Shown here one piece after another: positions 39,097 to 47,526 of a DNA stretch of 64,000 nucleotides (positions are counted from its first letter, which is position 1; each line of letters opens with the position of its first letter). Both the position numbers and the translations under genes were made by a program. Source of the stretch: Candidatus Ozemobacteraceae bacterium (GTDB lineage Bacteria; Muiribacteriota; Ozemobacteria; Ozemobacterales; Ozemobacteraceae); the NCBI GenBank assembly GCA_965140445.1, contig OZ223236.1:2880001-2944000 (forward strand), read 5' to 3'. Below the pieces are notes generated by a model. That model searched no databases and was not told the origin of the DNA. It saw nothing but the letters and a program-made list of their open reading frames with translations.

Positions 39097-40140
39097 ATGG
39101 ATGTTAGAAAAATGATTGAGAAGGTTCAAAAGGCCGGTGGGACAGAACTTCATGTGAAAATAGGCTCCCAACCTCTCATGAGAAAAAGCAAGTTTTTGCG
39201 CAAGATGGAAGGCCCAATAATTCATGAAGAAGATATGGAAGGCTTAATTGACCAGCTTTTACGTGAAGAGGAGAAAAAGAAGTTTCTAAAAGGAAGCGGT
39301 TTTTTTGAGGCTAATTTCTTTGGTGATCCACCATGTAATTTCCGTCTAAGCCTTTTGCTGTCTCAGCAGAAACCGGCAGCTGTTTTTAAAATTATTGACA
39401 GCAAAATTCCGTCTATACATGAGATAAATTTTCCAAAGGTTTTTGAAAAGGTATGGCCAGCAAGAAAAGGTTTATTCATTCTTGCCGGACCAGCAAGATC
39501 CGGGATTTCAACGTCTTTGGCTGCTATTGTCCAAAACTACAATAAGTATTTTGCCAAACATATTTTAATGATCGAAGACCCCATTGAATTTCTGTTTCAA
39601 GAAGAAAATTGTCGAATTTCTCAGCGCCAATTTAAGAAAGACATCTTCTCAATTGAGCAGGGGATTAATTTTGCAAAACGAATGGATGTAGATATCCTTG
39701 TCATTGGTGATTTGAAAAGGGAAATTCCTTTCAAGAGTGTCCTGGAATACGTTGCTGGTGGACATCTGGTTATTTTAAGTATGCAGACATGGGGAATCGC
39801 AAATACGCTGGAAAAAATCATTTTTTCCTTCCCGGAAGAAGACCGAGAAAATGTTTGCCAGGTCCTTTCAGAAAACCTCATTGGTTTGTGCTCTCAGGCA
39901 CTGATATCTGAACCTGTTGGTGGACATACAATTCCGGTACACGAAACCCTGTTGGTAAATAACACCATTGCCCAGATAATTCTTAAAGCAAAGGTCTCAC
40001 AAATTGAACCTAATATTACGACTGCTGGTGAAGGAAGTCAGGTGTTTGCCCAACATATTCAAAAACTGTATATGAAAAAAGAACTTGATCGAAATCTTGG
40101 CGAAAGTTTCCTGGAAATTTATCGGGGAATGAAGGGTTAA
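39097..40140 (+). CDS. Degenerate PilT-family ATPase (paralogue 4)
   Basis: GGAGG SD before ATG 39097; Walker A GPARSGIST (K to I), IEDPIEF, Walker B DVDILVIGDLK, GHLVILSMQT. Confidence 0.85.
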   Translation: MDVRKMIEKVQKAGGTELHVKIGSQPLMRKSKFLRKMEGPIIHEEDMEGLIDQLLREEEKKKFLKGSGFFEANFFGDPPCNFRLSLLLSQQKPAAVFKIIDSKIPSIHEINFPKVFEKVWPARKGLFILAGPARSGISTSLAAIVQNYNKYFAKHILMIEDPIEFLFQEENCRISQRQFKKDIFSIEQGINFAKRMDVDILVIGDLKREIPFKSVLEYVAGGHLVILSMQTWGIANTLEKIIFSFPEEDRENVCQVLSENLIGLCSQALISEPVGGHTIPVHETLLVNNTIAQIILKAKVSQIEPNITTAGEGSQVFAQHIQKLYMKKELDRNLGESFLEIYRGMKG

Positions 40141-40142
40141 GC

Positions 40143-40523
40143 ATGTTTAATAAAAGCTGTAAAAAAGGGTTTACCCTGATTGAAATGAGTGTCGTGGTTG
40201 CAATTATCGGAATTCTGTATATGACAGTGGTTCCAATGTATGGAAAAACAATCCAGAAAACCCGAGAAACAGCTCTAAAGAAGAACTTGTACAGCATGCG
40301 TCAGGTATTGGATGCCTATTACAAGGACCATGAGAAATGGCCTGATTCCTTGGCAACTCTGGTGGAAAATGGCTATATCAGGGAAATCCCTGTTGATCCA
40401 ATAACTGAAAAAGTTGATACCTGGGTGAAAATACCATCTCAGCCCGGTGAAATGGATGTTTTTGATGTTAAATCAGGTGCAAGTGGGATGAGCTTAGAAG
40501 GTAAGAAATACAGTGAGTTCTGA
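40143..40523 (+). CDS. GspG-like pseudopilin / type IV prepilin
   Basis: Class III signal KKG|FTLIE; WPDSLATLVENGYIREIPVDPIT. Confidence 0.9.
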   Translation: MFNKSCKKGFTLIEMSVVVAIIGILYMTVVPMYGKTIQKTRETALKKNLYSMRQVLDAYYKDHEKWPDSLATLVENGYIREIPVDPITEKVDTWVKIPSQPGEMDVFDVKSGASGMSLEGKKYSEF

Positions 40524-40923
40524 AATTTTCTTAAACCCTGCAGAGCAATCTGGTAAGAATCGGAAAGGCATTACTCTGTTGATGATGACAATTACCATTC
40601 TTGCTATTGCTGCTTCTTTAACCTGGTATTTGCCTCGGGCTGACCAGGAAGTTAAGCGGGCAAAGGAAGATGAACTAAGATTCATACTTGGGGAATTTAG
40701 AACTGCGGTTGATAGATTTTCCAAAGTTAATGGAAGAGTTCCAAATGATATGTCAGAGCTTATATCTGATTCAGAAGGAAGACGTTTTTTAAGGAAAGCT
40801 TATCAAGATCCATTTTCCAAAAAAGCTGATTGGGTAATGGAAACAGCTTCCGATACTGTGTATTTCAGATCAGACTCAGATTTAATAAGCCTGTCCGGGG
40901 TTCCATATAGACAATTTCGATAA
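40513..40923 (+). CDS. Pseudopilin-like type II secretion protein lacking Glu5
   Basis: RKG|ITLLM hydrophobic helix; KRAKEDELR..RRFLRKAYQDPF. Confidence 0.75.
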   Translation: MSSEIFLNPAEQSGKNRKGITLLMMTITILAIAASLTWYLPRADQEVKRAKEDELRFILGEFRTAVDRFSKVNGRVPNDMSELISDSEGRRFLRKAYQDPFSKKADWVMETASDTVYFRSDSDLISLSGVPYRQFR

Positions 40924-40930
40924 ATAAGTC

Positions 40931-41203
40931 TTATTTAACCAGGTTTTTCAATTCGGTAAAAGGTCTGAAAACCGGAACTGATCTGGCAGGCACTTTAATT
41001 TTTTTACTTTTTCCAGGCAGGGTTGTTGAAAAGGCTTTTCTCTGGTTAGTTTTAAAAGCACCAAATTTATCGAGTTTAACCTCTTCCTTCTTTGCTAATG
41101 CTTCTTTTACGGTAGTTACAAAGGCTTTAAGAAAGGCTTCTGATTCTACATTAGTGATATTAGCTCTTTCCCTGATTTCCAGTAGAAGTTGTTTCTTATT
41201 CAT
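40931..41203 (-). CDS. hup: HU family DNA-binding protein
   Basis: MNKKQLL..., VKLDKFGAF, IKVPARSVPVFRP..LKNLVK. Confidence 0.88.
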   Translation of the reverse strand: MNKKQLLLEIRERANITNVESEAFLKAFVTTVKEALAKKEEVKLDKFGAFKTNQRKAFSTTLPGKSKKIKVPARSVPVFRPFTELKNLVK

Positions 41204-42887
41204 TGCCAGCCTCCATTGATTTTTTTAACAGATTTCTTGCAAACGCAAGTCCCTTGTCGTCTGTCTGGCCAAGCATTCTGGCTATTTCTTCAACCCGGTA
41301 AAGGTCAGCAACTTTTTGAATAGACACACTTGTTTTCAAATTGTCCACATTCTTGGTAACCGTGAAATGCGTATCACCTTCTTTGGCTATCTGGTGAAGG
41401 TGAGTTACGAGAAGAACCTGTTTTTCCTTTCCAAGGCTTCTAAGACTGGAAGCTACGGCTTCAGCAGTTTTTCCACCGATTCCAGTGTCTATTTCATCAA
41501 ACAAAAGGGTGGGAAGATCATCACATCTTGCTAAAACTTTTTTTAAAGCAAGTGCAACCCTTGAAAGCTCACCACCTGAAGCTATTTTTCTTAATGGACC
41601 ACCGGGTGAACCTGGGTTAAGGGAAACGAAGAATTCAATGTTCTCTGCCCCAAACTGGTTTGGCGATATTGAATCCAGAATAATCTGAAATTTTGAGGCA
41701 TTGAAACCCAAATCTGCCATTTCAGCAGAAACCTTGCTTTCAAGCTCTGCAGCTAGCTTGGCCCTGGATTGAGATAGTTTTTTCAGAGAATCATCAAATT
41801 TGCTTTTGGCTTCTTTTAAAGCTTTTGCAATTTTTTCCTTAGAACTATCTGGTTCATAAAGTTCTTCTAATTCAGCATTAACATCTTTGTTAAGCTGGAA
41901 AAGCCCTTTAAAGTCAGTGTTATACTTTCTACAGGCTCTGGAAATGTCAGTTAACCTGCTTTGAACTTCATAAATTTTATCAGGATTAAGATCGAATTCT
42001 TCAGAAAGGGCTGTTACTTCAGATTCCAGATCATTTAACTCGTAATAAAGCTCATTAAGTCTTTCAAATGGTCTTTCAAGGCGTGGATCAAAATTGGAAA
42101 TTTTTCTTAAAAAATCTACGGATTTGAAAACCATGCTTGATGCGCCTGGAATTTCTCCATCGCCAGTTAAAGCTGAAACTGCTCCTTGAAGAGAGTTTAT
42201 AATTTGTTCGGAATGGCTAAGTCTTTTTAACTCGCTTTTTAAGGATTCTTCTTCTTCCTCGTCTACCAGACTAAGGGAGGCAAGATTTTGAGAAATCTCC
42301 TGAAGTTCCTGAATCCTTTGCGCAGAATTCTGATGGGATTGTTCCATCTCTTCGTATCTTTTCTGAATGGCTCTTACTTCTTTATATTGGGCAGCAACCA
42401 TATCTAATAACTGATTGTGCTTTTCACCACCGGTTCTGTCCAGAAACTTGCGTTGAGTATCTGGATTTAAAAAGGTTTGGTGTTCGTTTTGGCCATGAAT
42501 TTCCATAAGATTAGGGCCAAGTTGCTTTAAGAAGGCTGCTGTGGTCAAGATCCCGTTTACAAGAACTTTGCCGCTACCTTCTTCTTTAAAGGTTCTTGAG
42601 ATTAGAAGTGTGTCTGGGTCATCCTCATTTAAAAAGCCATTTTCCTCTAAAATAGCAATTAAGCCACTTTGTCCGGTAATCTTAAATTGAGCTTGAATCT
42701 TGGCGGTTGAATATCCGGGCAAAACCATTCCAGCTCTGGCTTTTTTACCCAGAAGAAGCTTTACTGCTTCAAGAAGAACGCTTTTTCCTGCGCCAGTTTC
42801 ACCAGTAATTACGTTTAAACCTTTTGAAAAAACAAGGTCTGATTTGCGCATAAAAAGGAAGTTTTCAAGGTATAGTTCACTAATCAT
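41196..42887 (-). CDS. recN: DNA repair protein RecN
   Basis: ITGETGAGKS, EIHGQNEH, KIASGGELSR, FDEIDTGIGG, VTHLHQIA, EIARMLG. Confidence 0.96.
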   Translation of the reverse strand: MISELYLENFLFMRKSDLVFSKGLNVITGETGAGKSVLLEAVKLLLGKKARAGMVLPGYSTAKIQAQFKITGQSGLIAILEENGFLNEDDPDTLLISRTFKEEGSGKVLVNGILTTAAFLKQLGPNLMEIHGQNEHQTFLNPDTQRKFLDRTGGEKHNQLLDMVAAQYKEVRAIQKRYEEMEQSHQNSAQRIQELQEISQNLASLSLVDEEEEESLKSELKRLSHSEQIINSLQGAVSALTGDGEIPGASSMVFKSVDFLRKISNFDPRLERPFERLNELYYELNDLESEVTALSEEFDLNPDKIYEVQSRLTDISRACRKYNTDFKGLFQLNKDVNAELEELYEPDSSKEKIAKALKEAKSKFDDSLKKLSQSRAKLAAELESKVSAEMADLGFNASKFQIILDSISPNQFGAENIEFFVSLNPGSPGGPLRKIASGGELSRVALALKKVLARCDDLPTLLFDEIDTGIGGKTAEAVASSLRSLGKEKQVLLVTHLHQIAKEGDTHFTVTKNVDNLKTSVSIQKVADLYRVEEIARMLGQTDDKGLAFARNLLKKSMEAGNE

Positions 42888-44292
42888 ATTGTACCCCGGA
42901 TGCTTTGGAGGAGTTTGGAATTTCTAATCGTTTGCAGTATTCAGGATGACAAGGACTCCAGAATAATTTTTTAAATTTGACTGGTTTGGTATTGGCGGGC
43001 ACATTTTTTCTGAGGCCCAATTTAGACGAAATATCATTCAATACAGACCGAATGCTGTTTTTTTTTCTACGGGAACGTGAATCTTCCAGTGCCTTTAACT
43101 GGGTTGGATTTATCATAGTTTGCACCACTGGTGGATATTTAAGCCCATTATCTTTAAATGATTCAATGGGTTTTCTACTGGCAATAACCTGTCTAACCTG
43201 TTTGACTTTTCTTTCAGGCTTCTTGGGAACAGCGTATCGTAGAGTAACTAGGCGTGTTCCAGGGTAGTAGAACCCTAAAATCTGTCGGGAAGAATACCCA
43301 ATGGTTCCCATGCCAATAACGCCATCCTGGCACATTCCGACCCTATGGCCGAAATTACTGAAAAATTTCTTTTTGGTATTTAACGGGAGTGAACGCACCA
43401 CAATCATTTTTCGAGCTTTCTGCAATTTCTTTGGGGTTTTGTTTTTCTTAACCAATTTTCCAATTTTGCAGAATAATTCTTCTCCCTTTATCCCATCCAC
43501 ATGGGAAACCAGATATGGCACAGGTTTGCCGCCCCACGCACAACTACTGCTTTTTAGTATTCCGCCGCAGTTGGAATGGTAAACGGTGTTTGCAGGAGAA
43601 CCGTCATAGGTTAGAACCTGGCCTTGTGTATTCATAACAGCTTTTGAAGCTTTGGAGATTTCCTTTACCATTCCCTTATAGGCTTGGCAATGAACTTTAT
43701 CACAAAGGTGGAATCCCTTTTTTACATGTCTTTCAATATTTCTGACCGCATATGTTCTGGCGGCAATGGCTTGGGCTTCAAGTGCTGAAACCGGGGCACG
43801 GTTGAAAATTTCACAGGGTACAACAGACTTTAAATAGTCCTCAATATCAACAATGTTAATTGCAAACAGCCTGCTTCCTTCTGGTCTAATGGAAATGGAG
43901 CCTCTGTAAGCTTTTGATTTTGAGTTTATTGTAGCTAGCTTGAGATGATTGGGAGCTCTGCCCAGAGGAGAAAAAATTACTTCGTCCTTGAAATAGTAAA
44001 AATTCTTTTTACTATCAATTATTATCTTTAATTTACCCTTTTTTTCGGCAATTACCCTGATTTCACTGCCTTTTCCCGAGTAAATGGCTGAGTTTTTGGC
44101 TTTATCAAATATTTCAATAAAACCAGAAAGGGAAAAGATTTTAAAGACTCTGGGATTTCCCATGGTGGCAAGGCCAATACGTAATGACCTATCAATATTA
44201 AGGTAAGTGCTGTTCTTAGCTTCTACAAAGGGTGCACAAAGTAATATTGAAATAACATAAATAAGTATGAATACGGGAAGTTTTCTGAGCAT
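42880..44292 (-). CDS. SpoIID/LytB domain protein (lytic transglycosylase-like)
   Basis: YRG, EDYLKSVVPCE, ALEAQAIAARTY, HCQAY, YHSNCGG, GHRVGMCQDG, ILGFYYPG. Confidence 0.9.
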   Translation of the reverse strand: MLRKLPVFILIYVISILLCAPFVEAKNSTYLNIDRSLRIGLATMGNPRVFKIFSLSGFIEIFDKAKNSAIYSGKGSEIRVIAEKKGKLKIIIDSKKNFYYFKDEVIFSPLGRAPNHLKLATINSKSKAYRGSISIRPEGSRLFAINIVDIEDYLKSVVPCEIFNRAPVSALEAQAIAARTYAVRNIERHVKKGFHLCDKVHCQAYKGMVKEISKASKAVMNTQGQVLTYDGSPANTVYHSNCGGILKSSSCAWGGKPVPYLVSHVDGIKGEELFCKIGKLVKKNKTPKKLQKARKMIVVRSLPLNTKKKFFSNFGHRVGMCQDGVIGMGTIGYSSRQILGFYYPGTRLVTLRYAVPKKPERKVKQVRQVIASRKPIESFKDNGLKYPPVVQTMINPTQLKALEDSRSRRKKNSIRSVLNDISSKLGLRKNVPANTKPVKFKKLFWSPCHPEYCKRLEIPNSSKASGVQYD

Positions 44293-44298
44293 GAGCGG

Positions 44299-44327
44299 AT
44301 TTTAGCTTAGAATCTTCTTGAGGTCAA
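44299..44327 (-). promoter_or_regulatory. sigma70 promoter, leaderless
   Basis: TTGACC-N17-TAAAAT-6 nt-ATG(44292); no SD. Confidence 0.65.
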
Positions 44328-44342
44328 GGCCTGTTAGGAGTT

Positions 44343-45614
44343 TTAGGGTATTTTTCTTGTGGCGGTGTATCCTAAAGAGTTTACTGACTCCAGGATATCT
44401 GAAATATCCGGATTTTTGCCATGGATGCGAGCAAGTTTTTCGGCCAGATTTATCTCCGCAAAGTCTACTCCATCAACTTCTTCTATTGCTGATTTAACTG
44501 CATTAGCACAGTTGCCACAAGTCATTCCTTCAACATTAATCTCAAAAACAGGAACCTCAGACTGGGCATTGTTAGAAGCACAGGAAGAACAGCAAGAGTC
44601 GGAACTGGTTTTCCCAAAAATTGAATAAAGAACAACCAAAATCATAAGAACCGCGGAAAAGTGCTCCAGAAAACCAAGTGCATGATGTGCATGCATGTGG
44701 CTGGAATAGCCTGCAGCAGTAGCAGAAGTGTATATGGCATCAAAGGCATAACCGCTTGATAGTGCTCCAACAACTACTGTCATGATATACAACAGCGCGG
44801 ATTTTTTACCCAGGATTTTCCAGACAACTGAAATTGCGGCCGCATTTGTGGCAGGGCCGGAAACAAGAAAAACCAGCGCCGCTCCCGGGCTGAAACCCAT
44901 TTTCATAAAACCGAGTGCAATGGGAATGGATGCGGTAGAACAAACATACAATGGAACTCCCACCAGAAGCATTATCAGCATTGAAAGATTGTAGTTTCCG
45001 ATATAGCTGGCAAAAAAGTCTGCTTTAAAGAAAGTTGCAATAAACGCAGCTATTAGTATTCCTATTAGAAGAGCTTTGGTGATCTCGGAAGGTAAGGTTA
45101 TAAAACCATATTTAAGAGCTTTTATAAACTTATCAGCGAATGAATCGTTATTTTGTGGCGCGGTTTCAGTGTTGTTTGAGGGTGGTATTTTTTGCTCAAA
45201 ATCTTCATCAAATATGGAAACGAAAGTTCCACCGACTAGTCCTGTTAAAAGAGCTGCAAGTGGTCTGAAAATCGCAAAAATAGGACCTAGAAGTCCGTAG
45301 GTTGCAAAGATTGAATCTACACCAGTTTGGGGTGTTGAAAGAAGGAAAGCTGTTGTAGCTCCTTTGCTTGCTCCATGCTTTCTTAAAGATGCGGCTACAG
45401 GTATAACACCACATGAACAGAGGGGAAGGGGAATTCCAAGAATGGTTGATTTAAGGATGGCCAGGAAACGATTGGAGCCCAGATGTTTCTCAACCCATTT
45501 TGGGGAAGTAAAAATTGACAGAATTCCTGACAGGAAAAATCCGAGAAGAAGATATGGAGACATCTGTCCCAGGACTTCCCAGAAATTTAGCAGAAGAGTT
45601 TTAATAAATTCCAT
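44343..45614 (-). CDS. SO_0444/ArsP (DUF318) family metal permease with C-terminal HMA domain
   Basis: PLPLCSCGVIP, STPQTGVDS, PLYVCSTAS, GPATN; HMA GMTCGNC. Confidence 0.9.
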   Translation of the reverse strand: MEFIKTLLLNFWEVLGQMSPYLLLGFFLSGILSIFTSPKWVEKHLGSNRFLAILKSTILGIPLPLCSCGVIPVAASLRKHGASKGATTAFLLSTPQTGVDSIFATYGLLGPIFAIFRPLAALLTGLVGGTFVSIFDEDFEQKIPPSNNTETAPQNNDSFADKFIKALKYGFITLPSEITKALLIGILIAAFIATFFKADFFASYIGNYNLSMLIMLLVGVPLYVCSTASIPIALGFMKMGFSPGAALVFLVSGPATNAAAISVVWKILGKKSALLYIMTVVVGALSSGYAFDAIYTSATAAGYSSHMHAHHALGFLEHFSAVLMILVVLYSIFGKTSSDSCCSSCASNNAQSEVPVFEINVEGMTCGNCANAVKSAIEEVDGVDFAEINLAEKLARIHGKNPDISDILESVNSLGYTATRKIP

Positions 45615-45673
45615 GATGATTCCGTTAAAATTAATTATATTATAAGTTTATTTAAATACTTGAAATATGCAAT

Positions 45674-46813
45674 TTAAGTGGTCTTAATAGGCTCCACTTC
45701 TTTTTCCAGTTGGCCCAGGAGACAAATTACAGAATCGGTTTCATTTTTTTCATTTCTTACCGGAATAAGGCTAAGGTTTAGCTCATAAGCATAATTTTCT
45801 CCGATAATATCCATTGCTTCACCGTGAATCCAGTTTTTGGAAATAATTGCTTTTTGTATTTTTTCTTTTAATTCTTTTGGAAGTGGGGAAAGCTCCATGG
45901 GAATTTCATAGATGTCATCCCAAACAAATCGAAATAGCTCCAGGAATTCATCATTGGCAAAAGCAATTTGTTTTTCTGAATTAATAAGCATTACGGGAAC
46001 AGAAAGGTTATTTGCTAAACTGGCAAAGCGTCGTTTTTCAAGACCAATTTTTTCCATTTTTAACTGGTCTCTGGTTTCAATGTGAGCGGCCATTGCTGAA
46101 AGCGATGTTATTAATTGACCGACTTCGTCGTTGGTGAAACTTCGAGCTGAAATTGAATAATTTCCATTTTGAATTGATCGGATAAGATCTTTAATTCTTC
46201 TCATAGGAAGGGCAATTTGATGGGAGAAAAACATTAAAAGAAATACGGTGGCAACTATAGTTACGATAGTTACAATTGCCATTCTGCTTTGAAACTTCTG
46301 ATTTATTTCTGAAACTCTATTGCGTTTAAGATTCAAGATTCTCATTTCTCTTGATCTAAAGTCCATTAGAGAGCCGCGAAATTCTTGCAGAAGTGAAGAA
46401 ACTTTAATAAAATCCGGACTAATCAGGACTTTGTTTTTCTCCAGAATTTTCATTTCGGCTCCAACCGTTTTTAATGCACTTAAAATGCTGGTGCTGGAAG
46501 CTTGAAAGTTTTCAAAATCAGCAGAGTGTTGATTTAATAACCTTTGCAGAGCATTTAATTTTACAAAAGCCTTGCCGAATCGATTTTCTTCATCAATCTG
46601 GCAGCCTTTTAAAAATTCAGTTCTGAGCTCATGCAAAGAATTAGAAGCTTCTTCTGTGATTTTCAGCAGATTTGTGTCGTTTTTAAAATCAACCTGAATC
46701 TCGTTATCAAGAAAATGCAAATGATAAACCGAGAAAAAACCGAAAAAGAAAACTATGGCAACAGATAGGCCTGTTCCAAGTCTGAATCTTGTGTCCATTG
46801 AGAGGCGAATCAT
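45674..46813 (-). CDS. TM-periplasmic helical-TM-HAMP-PAS protein without kinase domain
   Basis: Two TMs; HAMP PMRRI..GNY..DEVGQL; PAS NLSVPVMLIN..FAN; ends with no H-box; ATGA overlap with ktrA. Confidence 0.75.
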   Translation of the reverse strand: MIRLSMDTRFRLGTGLSVAIVFFFGFFSVYHLHFLDNEIQVDFKNDTNLLKITEEASNSLHELRTEFLKGCQIDEENRFGKAFVKLNALQRLLNQHSADFENFQASSTSILSALKTVGAEMKILEKNKVLISPDFIKVSSLLQEFRGSLMDFRSREMRILNLKRNRVSEINQKFQSRMAIVTIVTIVATVFLLMFFSHQIALPMRRIKDLIRSIQNGNYSISARSFTNDEVGQLITSLSAMAAHIETRDQLKMEKIGLEKRRFASLANNLSVPVMLINSEKQIAFANDEFLELFRFVWDDIYEIPMELSPLPKELKEKIQKAIISKNWIHGEAMDIIGENYAYELNLSLIPVRNEKNETDSVICLLGQLEKEVEPIKTT

Positions 46814-47514
46814 TTAGAATTCTCCTTTTGAACCTGGTCTGAAAGGGTTTTAATGTTTTCATCCTTTCCTACAACAACGAGGATGTCGTCAGGGGTGATT
46901 TTCTCATCGGGGGAGGGCAGATCGTTCAGATGAACTCTTACAATGTTTTCACCTTTTTCATTAATTGCCGGCAGGCGGCTTTTAATTGCAATGATGTTTA
47001 CTCCAAACTTCGCTCTTATGTTAAGTTCCTTCAGGGTTTTTCCATAAAAAATTCCAGGTGGTTCAAGTTCAACAAGCGAGTGGCCCGAGCTGAGAGTAAT
47101 GTTTTCAAGTATATGAGGTGCTATAAGCTTTCCTGCGATTTGAGCGCCCATTTGTTCTTCAAGAGAAAAAACCTCATTTGCTCCAACTTCAGTGAGAATT
47201 TGTCCCTGCATTTTAGAAAGGGCTCTGGAAAGAATTCTATGAACTCCAAGCCTTTTTAAGATAGCAGTGGCAATAATTGTAGTTTCAATCTTATCACCAA
47301 TTGCTACTATCGCTACATCCACGTCTTGAATACCTATTGAACGCATGGTTAGTTCATCAGTACAGTCTGCAATTATTGCCTGGCTTACATGATCTTTAAT
47401 ATTTTCAACGGCGTTGGCGTCTGAATCAATGGCAATTACCTCACCACCTCTTGCGAACAATGAGGTTGCAAGCTTTTTCCCAAACCTGCCAAGACCAATT
47501 ACTGCATATTGCAT
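46810..47514 (-). CDS. ktrA: TrkA/KtrA family potassium uptake RCK protein
   Basis: YAVIGLGRFG, AIVAIG, GVNIIAIK. Confidence 0.92.
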   Translation of the reverse strand: MQYAVIGLGRFGKKLATSLFARGGEVIAIDSDANAVENIKDHVSQAIIADCTDELTMRSIGIQDVDVAIVAIGDKIETTIIATAILKRLGVHRILSRALSKMQGQILTEVGANEVFSLEEQMGAQIAGKLIAPHILENITLSSGHSLVELEPPGIFYGKTLKELNIRAKFGVNIIAIKSRLPAINEKGENIVRVHLNDLPSPDEKITPDDILVVVGKDENIKTLSDQVQKENSK

Positions 47515-47526
47515 AGAGTCCTCCTG

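Noticed and set aside
45649..45667. Imperfect dyad TATTTAAATACTTGAAATA upstream of the metal permease as an ArsR/SmtB operator
   Set aside because: Plausible but AT-rich with mismatches, and no regulator nearby; cannot be distinguished from chance
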